Shown: positions 1-11,031, numbered from the whole stretch's first letter. The stretch: DNA of 57,972 bases, filler included, from Dimargaris cristalligena (GCA_003614675.1; 6 parts of 6 records of this genome joined end to end with filler, not necessarily neighbours in it), one strand, 5' to 3'. The notes: generated by a model from the letters alone, not told the origin. Numbers and translations are program-made.

Positions 1-659
1 CTTAATAAAACATCTCTTTTTTCATTCTTCTGAACTGTACCGGCAGTTTTGCCTATAGTTGTTTTAGTTATTTCAAAGGCTCGATTTTACTATTTCTTTG
101 ATTATAAGGCATTCACACCTATTATTTTATAGTCGCTCTACCATACCATAACAGAAACATTTAATGGTCTATACTATATAGTGAAATAATCTATTATCCA
201 TTATTATTACAATAGCCACCCTAATTATTTGTATATAATTTATTTTACTTTATATTACACGAAGTTTCTTGGGGTGATTAACTATAGCTATGCATTAGTT
301 TGTAATAGAATGGTCAACATTGTGGCAATACATTATTTTTTAAGCAATAACAGTTACTAATAAATACGAATGTTAAAGCGAAGTTTTACTGTGAAGTGGG
401 GCATAAACCTGTTGTTGTATTTTGCTCATATTTTATTTCTGGAGTTCAAATAATCAACATACAGCCATCTTAAAATATCCCCCACAAATACTACATCGAA
501 CTAAAAATCAGGTGGGTATCTTTTTGGGAAGTGTAGAGGGTCTTCACATGATGTGTCCAACCACACTTTCAATAATTCACTTTGATCCAAAAGGCTGGCA
601 CTCGGCAGTATCCCTGTACTTCGTATCAGCTAAACTAAGGGCCGGGTGTTAGAGCTTGG

Positions 660-900
660 TCGTGGATCATAGACTGGAACTACGGCTAAACTTAAAATAT
701 TCCAGGGTCTTTATATGCCTATTGATATTCCGGACATCCCTCTTAGAATGGCTTTATTTGTAGCGCGCAGGCATTAATCCTCTCCCCGGACAGTGTCTGT
801 GATGGTAAATTAGAAAAAATATATGGAGTTGTGGCATCCCGTCTATCTGGTCCTAATAATCGCCTAATACTGGCAGGGACCACGACTCTAGGGATATTGT
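660..900 (+). mobile_element. Possible highly degenerate Ty3/Gypsy pol fragment
   Basis: Broken frames give VDHRLEL, NGFI and VMVxxKK, loosely in the order of the motifs preceding Gypsy RT (DHxIEL..GFIRPS..VxxKK). AT-rich, no intact ORF. Confidence 0.3.
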
Positions 901-1670
901 ATATATGTGTAGTATAGAAGGATGTCATCCTATTAGGAATGAAAGGATATTTGACTAGGATTATCGAATTAACTATTATAGTAATATAATGGACACATCC
1001 TCAACACTAGCACCCTCTCCCGCTCCCTAACGTCCTCTCCTTGACACACTCAATAGCGATCCAGCGACAAGGGGTACGCTCACTAGTAGTTCGATCACCC
1101 GTTCACTGTGAATATCCGGAAATCGAAGATAGAACGGTAGCTCATTTATAGATGAACTCGACAATCATATCTATTTGAATGCAATACCAGAGAAGCACCC
1201 CACCCAAATAACCATGTACACCACTCGCTTTGTCAGTTTTAGGACCGATGTAATAATAAACGCCTCTCGCCTGATCATCGTCGGCGATTGTTAATCCCTT
1301 AACAAGTGGTCAAGGGGTCTGGGGAAGAGCGAGGGCTCTTAAATACAATAGCCACCCCCGCCGCTGGTGTGCTTGGTATTTCCCTGCGCTTCTCGGTTAA
1401 ACTCGTATTTTTATCATATGCCTTGATTATTCAAAACCTTTGCGCTCTCATGCTCTTCGTGGCTATTTTTTTTGTGTTTTCTATAACTAGACTTTTAATT
1501 TTTCCTGCAGCTACTTATAGCAAAAGTCACTCAAGCTTGTAATTTCTATACCTGAGTCTTTCGAATCAAAACTTACATAATTTCCACTGCATTTACCTAC
1601 CTTTTCTCCCACCTTCACTCGTGCGTGACTAGTATGCGGTGAGACTGTCGGTAGCCCAAACTTCGACGAC

Positions 1671-3310
1671 ATGTTCCGCTTTTCTATGGCCATTCATTAT
1701 TTGCTACTCAGTTTTCTATTGACCACCTTCTACCAACCGACGGTGGTGAGCAGTGTGGGAACTTCTGACCGTCTCACGATTACTGCTGACCAAGTTACTT
1801 TAAATTCACAATTATCCATCGTCACCAACTCTACGACATGGGATATACCAGCCGACAATATACTTGACTCGATAGTTGCTGATGCCCAGAAGTCGAAATT
1901 CGAGGTAAGATAGCTTGTTTAAAATTTAAAGTTATTAACCTACAATTGCTCCGTAGATATTAGCCCCAATCCGTAATGGACAATCTATTGTCCATTCCGC
2001 TTAATTTCATAACTTGTTTATAGACATTCCGTATATCGACATGGTATACCAACTCGGTGGAGCCCCCCTCAATTCAAAATTTTATGGTACTGACTTCCCC
2101 TTTCCCGAATTGGGTTTTGGCACACTGACCTTTGTCTATACACCAGGGACTTATAGCCCAATATCAGAACGTCGATGGGATTTCGTTTTCCTCCCCGCTC
2201 GGCTATTTGCTGTTACTCAACCGTACAAGCCTTCAGGGCAGCTCCGACGACCTAAAGAACTACAACCGCGAAACGACCAATGCCATTTTAACGTTCAGCG
2301 ACAATGATAAATACCGCTGCACGGTACTTAGCCAAACTACTAGCCGGCCATGCATCACCATCACTCGCCAAACTGCCAAGCGACTGATTACGCTTATGCA
2401 CGATGAAGATATCCCTGACCCCGCTCAACCTAATACGCAAGGGCCGGACGGCCAACCCGTTAACGCCGTCTACATTCGACTCTCGATATTAAATGGCTCG
2501 GCGTCTGTCTCGGTGCAAACCAGTAGTGTCGATAGTTCCCGCAGAAGGGGAATAATTGCAGGCATAGTTATGGGAAGTGCAACGGCTGTTATCATCGTGG
2601 TCCTCTTGGTGGTCTGCGCTCTTCTTCCTGCTCGGAGACGCCGGAGTGGTCGAGCCTGGGCCGCTCGTCGGCGACAGGGAATTGATTCACTTAGTTCCAG
2701 TTTACAAAGTGAATCGGCCCAACCACTAGACCCTAAACTGCTGCAGTACCTCCGGCTCATCAATACCAAACGGGAGCCCTTATCAACGCTACAGCGTGCC
2801 AGTGGTCAACAACACAGTGAATACACCACCGGCAGAACCACGACTGAATGCCAGGGTAGTCAAATCAACGAAACTGTCGACCTGGGCCAAAAGAAACCCA
2901 GGCTCAAATTTGCCCACCAATTCGGTTTAGCCACGGACGACACATCCCCCACCAACGGTCCGTTAAATTTAACGACAGACGGAAACCAGAAGGCCAAGGT
3001 GACGTTTACCATGTCAGCCACTGGCACCCAGGGAAAAGACGGTACTTCGCGGTGTTCCAATGGAGACAACACTTGCAGCATTTGCCTAGATGATATGGTC
3101 AGGAAACAGAAAGTACGACAACTGCCTTGCCTTCATTTTTATCATATGGAGTGCATCGACGAATGGTTGATTTATAAGTCATCGATATGCCCATTATGTA
3201 AAGCCGACTGCCGTACCTATTGTCTCGAAAAGGCGGGACCGAGCTACGAACCTCCCGAAAGACCGAAAAGGCGGCATCTGAGTACAGACGCGTCTAATTA
3301 CGCCTTCTAA
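1671..3310 (+). CDS. Signal peptide-lumenal domain-TM-RING-H2 E3 ubiquitin ligase (PA-TM-RING/RNF13-like architecture), ~486 aa
   Basis: Exons 1671-1904, 2024-2086, 2147-3310 with phase-0 GT-AG introns and an intact frame. Hydrophobic N-terminus, TM helix GIIAGIVMGSATAVIIVVLLVVCALL followed by an Arg cluster, and RING-H2 CSIC..PCLHFYH..CI..WL..CPLC. Confidence 0.85.
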
Positions 3311-3953
3311 CTTGCGCCATCCATTTATTAAAAATATTCATTTCCACCGATTGTCCGGGCGATTTCTGAATTGGGGTGATTGCGCTCTTAATGCTGGGTT
3401 GGACTGTATGTCCGTATGTTTAGTAGCGGCGAATTGATAGTACTACTTTGATAGCCACAATGTGCCACAGCTAGAAAAGACACTGTATAGCAGCATACAT
3501 AGGTTTACGTTAAGTTGGGGAAGGTCCATGATTGAACAGAAATGTCCCCCCCCCTTTCTCTTGCCATTTCGTACCCTTCGCCTTAAATCATTTGGCGGTT
3601 TATCCCAGCTGCCGGTCGAATTAGCCTCCTTCAGGTTCTTTGATTGGGGTATTCACTATTGTCAACACACCACTGCTCTTGACTATTACGCCTGGATATA
3701 TCTAAACAGTCTACAGCTGTTTGTATGGCTTCGATCGGCCTTTGTGTTGTTTTTCCTAGCCCTACCAATTATCCCATTAGTAAATTTTTTGTTGCGCTTC
3801 GCTGGGATAACCTCCCCCTATCGCTCGCCGGAGTACTTCCTATACCACCTTTATCTTTGCACTTTTTTGTAATTAGAAATAGTTTGCTTTGTACTATACT
3901 ACCTTGTCTTAACCACCATTCCGTTGCTTGAATATAGTCTATCTTTTTTTACT

Positions 3954-5330
3954 ATGGCTAAACGCACCGCTGCCTCGAAAGACCCCCTCCCCGCCCTATT
4001 CCAGGAAGCTAAGCTCATCTTTCGCCGGGCAAGCCAACCCTCCTGCTTGGTGGGGCGCGAGTCGGAACAACAGACGATTCGCCAGTTTCTGACCAACCAT
4101 GTCGTAGGTAACCAGCCGAACAGTCTCTACATTTCGGGCCAACCGGGTACCGGTAAAACCGCTTCGCTGCTCAGTATTTGTTTACAAATGCGTGGTGCTT
4201 TCAAAGGGGCCAAGCAGCCTATCAAACTACTAGTAATCAACTGCATGACCGTGGAGAACCCCCAGTCATTCTACGCCCGCTTGGCCACCGAAATCGTGGG
4301 TGAGCCTGTAACCATTAAGGACGCACTCAAAGTACTCGAAGCCCTGTTCCTCAACCCCAAACGGAAAACCCTGTACCTGGTGGTTCTTGACGAAATCGAC
4401 TCTTTACTTACTCGGAATCAGGACATTCTGTACAAATTGTTCGAATGGCCCACCCTGCCTGGAAGCCGCCTGACCCTAATCGGGATTGCCAATGCCCTCA
4501 ACCTCACCGACCGATTCCTCCCTCGGCTCAAAGCCAAGGACTGTATGCCGCAGCTACTTAATTTCAACCCGTACCAAGTGACCGACATTTCCGCTATTAT
4601 TAAAGGGCGACTGGCTGAGGTGAATGGCAACTCCATGCCCGCCCCGCAACGCCGGAAGCCGGGGCCCAAGTCGAAGACTAAACCGGACCCAGCGGACAGC
4701 GGCTGCGAGGCCGGGGGTAATTCCCCTAACCGTACTTCCTTGAAAGAGCTGTCCTTGATCGATACTCAACCACTACTGATTGAGGTCCCGGCCATCGAGT
4801 TGTGTGCCCGAAAGGTCGCTGCAGCAACGGGCGATCTTCGAAAAGCCCTCGATATTTGTCGACAGGCCATCGAACTGGCCGAGTTGGAATACCTGAAACA
4901 GGCCCCCCCTTCCAACCCCACCGCCATTTTGGATTCTCCCGTTACAATGCTGCACATGCTCAAAGTGTTGCAGTCAGCTTTTGGTACACCCACTATCACT
5001 AAAATCAAAAGCCTCAGTTTCCAGCAAAAGCTATTGCTCTGCACGGCGGCTCTTTATACGGCTCGGCGTAAGTCCGCCCTAACCCTGGGCAAATTGCACG
5101 AAGAGTACATGAGCCAATGTAAATTGACTGACGTGGTAGGTGCTGTTAGCCGTCTGGAGTTTTTTGACCTGGCGACTACTTTGGACTCATTTGGTCTGAT
5201 CAGCATCGCTGCCTCACGCAACGAATTAAGTCGACGCGTTTCGCTGGCGGTCCAGATTGCCGAATTGACCCACGCCGTTGCCGACGTACCCATTCTACAG
5301 TCTTTACTACAGGACCAGCTCCCAGCTTAA
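3954..5330 (+). CDS. CDC6: Replication licensing AAA+ ATPase Cdc6/Cdc18
   Basis: LVGRE, Walker A YISGQPGTGKT, Walker B VVLDEID, IGIANALNLTDRFLPRL, sensor-2 GDLRKALDICR and a C-terminal winged-helix region. First ATG at 3954. Confidence 0.95.
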   Translation: MAKRTAASKDPLPALFQEAKLIFRRASQPSCLVGRESEQQTIRQFLTNHVVGNQPNSLYISGQPGTGKTASLLSICLQMRGAFKGAKQPIKLLVINCMTVENPQSFYARLATEIVGEPVTIKDALKVLEALFLNPKRKTLYLVVLDEIDSLLTRNQDILYKLFEWPTLPGSRLTLIGIANALNLTDRFLPRLKAKDCMPQLLNFNPYQVTDISAIIKGRLAEVNGNSMPAPQRRKPGPKSKTKPDPADSGCEAGGNSPNRTSLKELSLIDTQPLLIEVPAIELCARKVAAATGDLRKALDICRQAIELAELEYLKQAPPSNPTAILDSPVTMLHMLKVLQSAFGTPTITKIKSLSFQQKLLLCTAALYTARRKSALTLGKLHEEYMSQCKLTDVVGAVSRLEFFDLATTLDSFGLISIAASRNELSRRVSLAVQIAELTHAVADVPILQSLLQDQLPA

Positions 5331-5939
5331 TATATTGTTAGAATTTTTAAGCTGGACATCGGCCCCCGCTATATTTACTCCAGATACCTAATAGATTGGT
5401 TTTTTTGATTTTTGATTTTTGACCCAAAATGAATTTACCTCTAAAATTAACCGAGATCACATTTTATTAGTAATTTGGCGATGATGTATACATGGGTCTT
5501 GATCTGATTAGCACTTCAATTTTTACCATTCTACAGGAGTAATACTGGGGCGAGTATGGATATGGTCAGTCCGTGTTTGGGTTTACCTTGCTCTTCGAAA
5601 TTGCCAGTAGCGCAAACGGTGGGCCGTATTTGGATCGTCACCTAATGAGAGATGCATAGTCTGGATGTGTTCGGAATGTGAGATAAAGGGGCGACGTGCT
5701 TGTTGGATCTAGGGTAACACCTATACAACTTCGGCATGGTTCCCTAGGGAGGGTTAGGGCGGTATAGTTAGAGCATTTCCAGCGTAATTGCATTGGCACC
5801 ATTACCCGCCCAACCTATATTTAAATCTGGCGTGCGGCGAATACAGTGCGGGGTTTGGTCGCACGCCCGGAAATCTCTGTATGACCAACTTATATTGCGA
5901 ACAGTCGAAGGACTTCCTCCCTCCAGCCAGCGAGTTCGC

Positions 5940-5958
5940 CGTGGCGGGTCGTGATTGG
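5940..5958 (-). promoter_or_regulatory. ERSE-I consensus CCAAT-N9-CCACG upstream of GRP94
   Basis: Plus strand CGTGG-cgggtcgtg-ATTGG equals CCAAT-cacgacccg-CCACG on the minus strand, ~780 bp upstream of the GRP94 ATG. Confidence 0.6.
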
Positions 5959-6395
5959 TAAATAAAGGCGACGCCGGTTTGTTGTGGGACTCTGAACCTG
6001 TATTGACGGATTGGTTGCAATGGCCGATGAAAAGGATAATCGGGCCCCATGTTATAGCGAACTCAGCCCACTGTACTGTTCATGGGCCAAGATCGACGGG
6101 GCATAATAATGAATACTGGTTGGGCAAAATTGTAACAAAGACGTTGAGGAGTTCTCTCACGTTAATGGATGCCCATTTTTCGGCCTCTGCAGTGTTAACC
6201 AACTGAATCGCGCTGAGCTGAGAGGTTTCGAGAAAACATACAGTGTGATTGTGCGAAGCGAAACCGAGTGGTCGCTCCCCACAGGGTAATAGGAGAGTGA
6301 GCCATGTAGTCAACTGCCACGGAGAGGGAGCCACTGTACCCCGTGAAAGAGCTCCAAAGGAGGGATGATCGACGCGGCGATCGACGAGTTTTGTA

Positions 6396-6414
6396 CCAAT
6401 AAGCGGCAGCCACA
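6396..6414 (+). promoter_or_regulatory. ERSE-like element CCAAT-N9-CCACA upstream of GRP94
   Basis: CCAAT-aagcggcag-CCACA, ~135 bp upstream of a TATATAA box at 6549-6555. Confidence 0.55.
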
Positions 6415-6733
6415 GAGCAGGGCAGCCAAGGGATATTTAGGGAATGGTGGGGTATTGCTGCCGCCAGACGCATACACCCGTGGGTCGGGTTCTGCTGCCT
6501 GTATGCGCATACTCCCCACCCGCCGCGAACTTAGTTAGGGACTGCTCCTATATAACTGGACTTCTCGGCCTCTCGCTTAGGTGCTTCAACTTTTTCTTCG
6601 GCCTTACTGCCTCTCTGTACAAAGCTCCATTTTTCCCTGCTGTTTCCCATACTCAACTCCCTATCGATACCACTGTATCTCATCCCCACCTATACTCATC
6701 CGTACACATACACATTTACTCCACCCCACCAGC

Positions 6734-9337
6734 ATGCGTCGCTTCACCATCACTCTTTTTACCCTGGCCACTCTGCTCGCCACCTCTTGTGTGCAGGCCA
6801 CCGAGCCCGCCGCTGCCGAGGATAGCGCCCCCGCTGTCTCGAGCGTGGCTGCCGCCGACCCCGTGGTCGCCAGCCCCAGCGACTCGGCCCCGCTAGCCAC
6901 CGACAAGAAATTCACCCGCCACCTGACCGAGGAGCAGGAAAAGCGCATCCAGGACACCACTGAGCAGCACCAGTTTGACACCGAGGTGCCCCGCCTGATG
7001 AACCTCATCATCAACTCCATCTACAAAAACAAGGACGTCTTCCTCCGGGAGCTCATCTCCAATGCGTCCGACGCCCTCGATAAGCTTCGCCACCAGGCCC
7101 TCCTGGACCCCACCATTATGAAGGACGAGTCCAACATGGAAATCAAAATCAGCAGTGATCCCAACAACCGTATCCTGGTTATCCGCGATACCGGTATCGG
7201 TATGACCAAGGAGCAGCTGCGCGAAAACCTCGGCACCATCGCCAAGTCCGGTACCGCCGAGTACCTCAAGCACCTCGAGAAGAAGTCCGGCGAGGGTGAT
7301 GCCGAAAGCGAGGTCAATGATCTGATCGGCCAATTCGGTGTCGGTTTCTACTCCGCCTTCCTGGTCGCCGACAAGGTGACCTTCACCAGTAAGCACCCCT
7401 CCGAAGACAAGCAGTATGTCTGGACTTCCGGCGGTGGTGGCGACTATTCCATCCACGAAGATCTGCCCGAAAACGATATTGGCCGTGGTTCGATGATCAC
7501 CCTGCACTTCAAGGACACCGATACTGAGTTCCTCTCCCAGAGCACCCTTGAGGGCTTGATCGAGAAGCACTCTAGCTTCATCAACTTCCCCATTTACCTG
7601 TGGTCGAAGACCACCGAGACCATTGAGGTCCCCGTGGAGAAGAAGCCCAAGGAAGAGGCCGAGGCTGAGGAGGGCAGCGCCGAGGAGGAGACCAAGGACG
7701 CCGCCGAGAAGACTGAAGAGGATGCCGAGGACAAGCCCGAGGTCGAAGTTGAGGATGACGACGAAAAGGATGAGGAGGACGAGGAAGAAGATGAGGGCCC
7801 CGCCACTGAGACCAAGACTATTGAGAAGGAGTCCTGGATCCAGGTCAACTCGCAGAAGCCCATTTGGCTGCGTGACCCCAAGGAGGTTACTGACAAGGAG
7901 TACTACAACTTCTACCAGAGCTTCGCCAAGGATACCAAGGATCCCCTCACCTACTCTCACTACAAGGGTGAGGGTTCTGTGAACTTCCGCGGTCTGCTCT
8001 TCGTGCCCGCCCAGCAGCCCAGCGATTACATCATGACTTTCCAGTCCGTGGTCAACAACGTTAAGCTGTTCGTGAAGCGCGTCTTCATCACCGACGAACT
8101 GGGCGACTTCCTGCCCAAGTACCTCAACTTCATCAAGGTTCTGATTGATGCCGATGACCTGCCCCTGAACGTGTCCCGTGAGACCCTACAGAACTCCCGC
8201 GAGCTCATGTCCGTCAAGAAGACCATCATCCGCAAGGCCCTCGATATGCTGGCCCGCCTGAGCAAGAAGGACCCCGCCCAGTATGACCTGTTCTTGAGCC
8301 AGTTCGGCACTAACCTCCGCCTGGGTATTACCGAGGATACCAACAACAAGGCCAAGATCGCCAAGCTCCTGCGCTTCCCTTCGTCTCACTCCGACAAGAC
8401 CACGTCGTTCACCGAATACATTGCTCGCATGAAGAAGGGTCAGAAGAACATTTACTTCATTGCCGCCCCTGAACTGGAACAGGCCAAGAACTCCCCCTTC
8501 GTCGAAGCCCTGCAGGCCCGTGGCTACGAAGTACTGTACATGACTGGTCAGCTCGATGAATACACTATGCAGTCTCTGTCCGAGATTGACGGTAAGAAGA
8601 TCCGTAACGTTGCCCAGAGCGGTGTCGAGTTCGGAGACGAAGATGCCGAAACCAAGAACTACGAGGCTGAGATGAAGGAGACCTACAGTCCCCTCGCCGT
8701 CTACCTCGAGAAGAGTCTCAGCGAACATATCGAGAAGGTGGTCATCTCTAACCGCCTGACTACCTCGCCCTGTGCTATCGCTGCCAACCAAATGGGCTGG
8801 TCTGGTACCATGGAGCGCTTCATGAAGGCCCAGAACCGTGGTCAGGAGGACTTCATGACCAAGTTCATGTTGTCCCAGAAGAAGGTCCTCGAAATCAACC
8901 CCAAGCACCCCCTCATCCGCGAATTGCTTAACCGCGTCGTGGTTGACGGCGAGGACAAGCACCTGTCCCTGGCTGCTGAAATCCTGTACGAGACCGCCGC
9001 CATCCGGTCCGGCTACGACCTGCAGGACGCCGGTGTCTTCTCGCGCAAAGTGGAGTCCTTCCTGCGCCACTCCCTGGATGTCGATGATGACCTCGAGGCT
9101 GAGGTCAACCTGAAGCCCGCCCCTGAACACAACGACGACGAAGAGGACGACGAAGAAGTTGACGAAGTGGTCGATGACTCTGTGTTCCCCGACTTTGAAG
9201 ATCTCAACGAAGCCGACGAGGAGGCTGCCGAGGAAGATGTGGCTGCCGAAGAGGTCATCGCTGAAGAGCCTGTTGCCGAGAAGCCCGCTGCTGAAGAGAA
9301 GGCGGGTTCCAAGGCCTCCCTCCATGACGAGCTTTAA
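6734..9337 (+). CDS. HSP90B1: Endoplasmin / GRP94 (ER Hsp90), intronless
   Basis: Signal peptide MRRFTITLFTLATLLATSCVQA, Hsp90 motifs LRELISNASDALDK, DTGIGMT, IGQFGVGFYS and LPLNVSRE, acidic linker, C-terminal HDEL. Strong C/G-ending codon bias. Confidence 0.97.
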   Translation: MRRFTITLFTLATLLATSCVQATEPAAAEDSAPAVSSVAAADPVVASPSDSAPLATDKKFTRHLTEEQEKRIQDTTEQHQFDTEVPRLMNLIINSIYKNKDVFLRELISNASDALDKLRHQALLDPTIMKDESNMEIKISSDPNNRILVIRDTGIGMTKEQLRENLGTIAKSGTAEYLKHLEKKSGEGDAESEVNDLIGQFGVGFYSAFLVADKVTFTSKHPSEDKQYVWTSGGGGDYSIHEDLPENDIGRGSMITLHFKDTDTEFLSQSTLEGLIEKHSSFINFPIYLWSKTTETIEVPVEKKPKEEAEAEEGSAEEETKDAAEKTEEDAEDKPEVEVEDDDEKDEEDEEEDEGPATETKTIEKESWIQVNSQKPIWLRDPKEVTDKEYYNFYQSFAKDTKDPLTYSHYKGEGSVNFRGLLFVPAQQPSDYIMTFQSVVNNVKLFVKRVFITDELGDFLPKYLNFIKVLIDADDLPLNVSRETLQNSRELMSVKKTIIRKALDMLARLSKKDPAQYDLFLSQFGTNLRLGITEDTNNKAKIAKLLRFPSSHSDKTTSFTEYIARMKKGQKNIYFIAAPELEQAKNSPFVEALQARGYEVLYMTGQLDEYTMQSLSEIDGKKIRNVAQSGVEFGDEDAETKNYEAEMKETYSPLAVYLEKSLSEHIEKVVISNRLTTSPCAIAANQMGWSGTMERFMKAQNRGQEDFMTKFMLSQKKVLEINPKHPLIRELLNRVVVDGEDKHLSLAAEILYETAAIRSGYDLQDAGVFSRKVESFLRHSLDVDDDLEAEVNLKPAPEHNDDEEDDEEVDEVVDDSVFPDFEDLNEADEEAAEEDVAAEEVIAEEPVAEKPAAEEKAGSKASLHDEL

Positions 9338-9528
9338 TTTTCCAGAAGGGTTCCGATAGTTGTGCCACATATTCGTCATTAGGAGCAGCTCTTTAATAAT
9401 TCCGCCTTGTGGACCTACCTATCGAATGGCCCCTCAGATACGATGATTGATATAAATTTCTGCTCGAACTCTCGCCTCGACCACAAGCGTTATCCCGGTG
9501 ATGAACCATCCCTCATTTTTTTTACCTA

Positions 9529-9610
9529 CATATGGGAGAAGTTCATTCAGGCTGTATAATGAAAAATCCATTGGATGCGGCCAATATTACTGGTTAAAAG
9601 CTATTCTCAG
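9529..9610 (+). mobile_element. MITE family A, left part, cut by contig end
   Basis: CATATGGGAGAAGTTCATTCAGGCTGTATAATGAAAAATCC..., near-identical to the copy at 48212. Confidence 0.75.
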
Positions 9611-9710
9611 NNNNNNNNNNNNNNNNNNNNNNNNNNNNNNNNNNNNNNNNNNNNTTAATTAATTAANNNNNNNNNNNNNNNNNNNNNNNNNNNNNNNNNN
9701 NNNNNNNNNN
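9611..9710. other. Artificial contig linker (N44-TTAATTAATTAA-N44)
   Basis: 100-nt spacer with stops in all six frames; identical at five positions. Confidence 0.97.
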
Positions 9711-9818
9711 TCAGGGGCAGGGGCAGGGGCTCATTCACTCGTCAGGGGCATACTTCCGATAAGTGTGAAAAATAGATAAAAAATAAAAGTAGGTAAAAAA
9801 TGTGGTAAGTTCACCACA
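9711..9818 (+). repeat. Dispersed repeat family B (AGGGGC runs ... TGTGGTAAGTTCACCACA end)
   Basis: About 108 bp closely matching 29144-29251; both copies start contigs. Confidence 0.8.
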
Positions 9819-9966
9819 ACCCCCAACATTGCACACCATCACCTTTCTAGTTTTTCTACTTGTTTCCTTATTTTTACCTATTATTTTCCTATATCTCTAA
9901 TAAATATTTATCTTAACATTGATGTTGAACAAAGTATGGTGCTCTCTAAAGCCATATATTATTACA

Positions 9967-10065
9967 GGATGAAGTGAATATTACTGGTTAAAAATAAATC
10001 TCTCATATATTATCACATACATATTATTTTAAGCCTTATACAGCTGGGCTACATTTCACCCATAT
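9967..10065 (+). mobile_element. MITE family A, diverged copy including right TIR
   Basis: AATATTACTGGTTAAAA core, ending TTATACAGCTGGGCTACATTTCACCCATAT, an imperfect reverse complement of the left end. Confidence 0.7.
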
Positions 10066-10241
10066 ATTACCTGTTAGATTAAATATGGGAGCTGCCTTGT
10101 CACTGCCAGGGTAACATATATTTAGTTCAACTAGGCATATTTTACCCCACCTTCCCTAAGACATAGTATGAAAAAAAATAAAAAAAAATCTAAATCAGCA
10201 AGTAATTTTATATATAATGGTCCTAAAATAACTATACATAT

Positions 10242-10826
10242 TGTCAGCCCTTCTAATCTGACTTAATCCAGTTGTAGCAATCATCCATCCTGACTGGGCC
10301 ATATAGTACTATATGTAACTTCCCATGGTTACCCCTGGTACTATGGGATCACCCTATTCAATATAAGCCATTCCCCCTTCTGGACTCTTAAGTTCACACC
10401 ACTCACTCCAGTGCTGATTTGATGACTCTTCCAGTTACCACCCAAGTCTTCCAGACTCCCCATGTTTGTCTGGTCAGCTTATTTAGTATACCTCCATCTT
10501 AGTAGCATTTCCCTTGGGACCTCCCTCTGGGGTTGTCCCTGTGTATATATAACTGGGCCCCTGTTGGGACTGGTTCAATTTCTTAGCTTTTATTCTTACC
10601 CCCTAGTTTTCCTCAATAAACTTTATATATGCCTACCTCCTTATACTGACCAGTGAGTGTGCCCACTACACATCCCTTGTATACCCAATCACCTAAGCCT
10701 TTATTGGTTAGTACTGTGTCCATACTTGACACTAGTAGCCTGCTTGGCTGAGTCTAAACCCTGCCTACTGTTAGAAGCCTATCCCTGAGACTCTTGATGG
10801 ACTAAGAGTAGTTAACTTAGGTGGCA
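10242..10826 (+). mobile_element. Solo LTR, family C
   Basis: Starts TGTCAGCCC and ends GGTGGCA (GGTGACA in the other copy). Internal TATATATAA (~10545) and AATAAA (10615). Homologous to the inverted copy at 27854-28400. No CpG seen. Confidence 0.7.
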
Positions 10827-11031
10827 ACCCTCCTAATTGAAATGTATATTAATTCATGCATTGGTCTTGGTCATAAAGTATGTATTTTGTGGGGCTTAAT
10901 GGGACATGTCTCTTACTACTATACTGATAAGGTATCCATTATGAGCCACTCTATAGGAGTTGTTGTTGTTTTTATGTTTTGATTGTTTGTTTTTTCGAAC
11001 CCCCCCAAGTAAACCAAAATTCCACCCGGAA

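Noticed and set aside
1957..1972. Possible 16-nt micro-exon in the RING ligase gene
   Set aside because: Including it breaks phase with the downstream exon; the simpler three-exon model is in frame.
6893..9379. Long antisense ORFs (355 and 397 aa) opposite GRP94
   Set aside because: Expected by-product of strong codon bias in a highly expressed gene; no independent protein features.
9655..9666. Recurrent TTAATTAATTAA at ~9.7-kb spacing
   Set aside because: Assembly linker inside N runs, not biological and not CRISPR-like.
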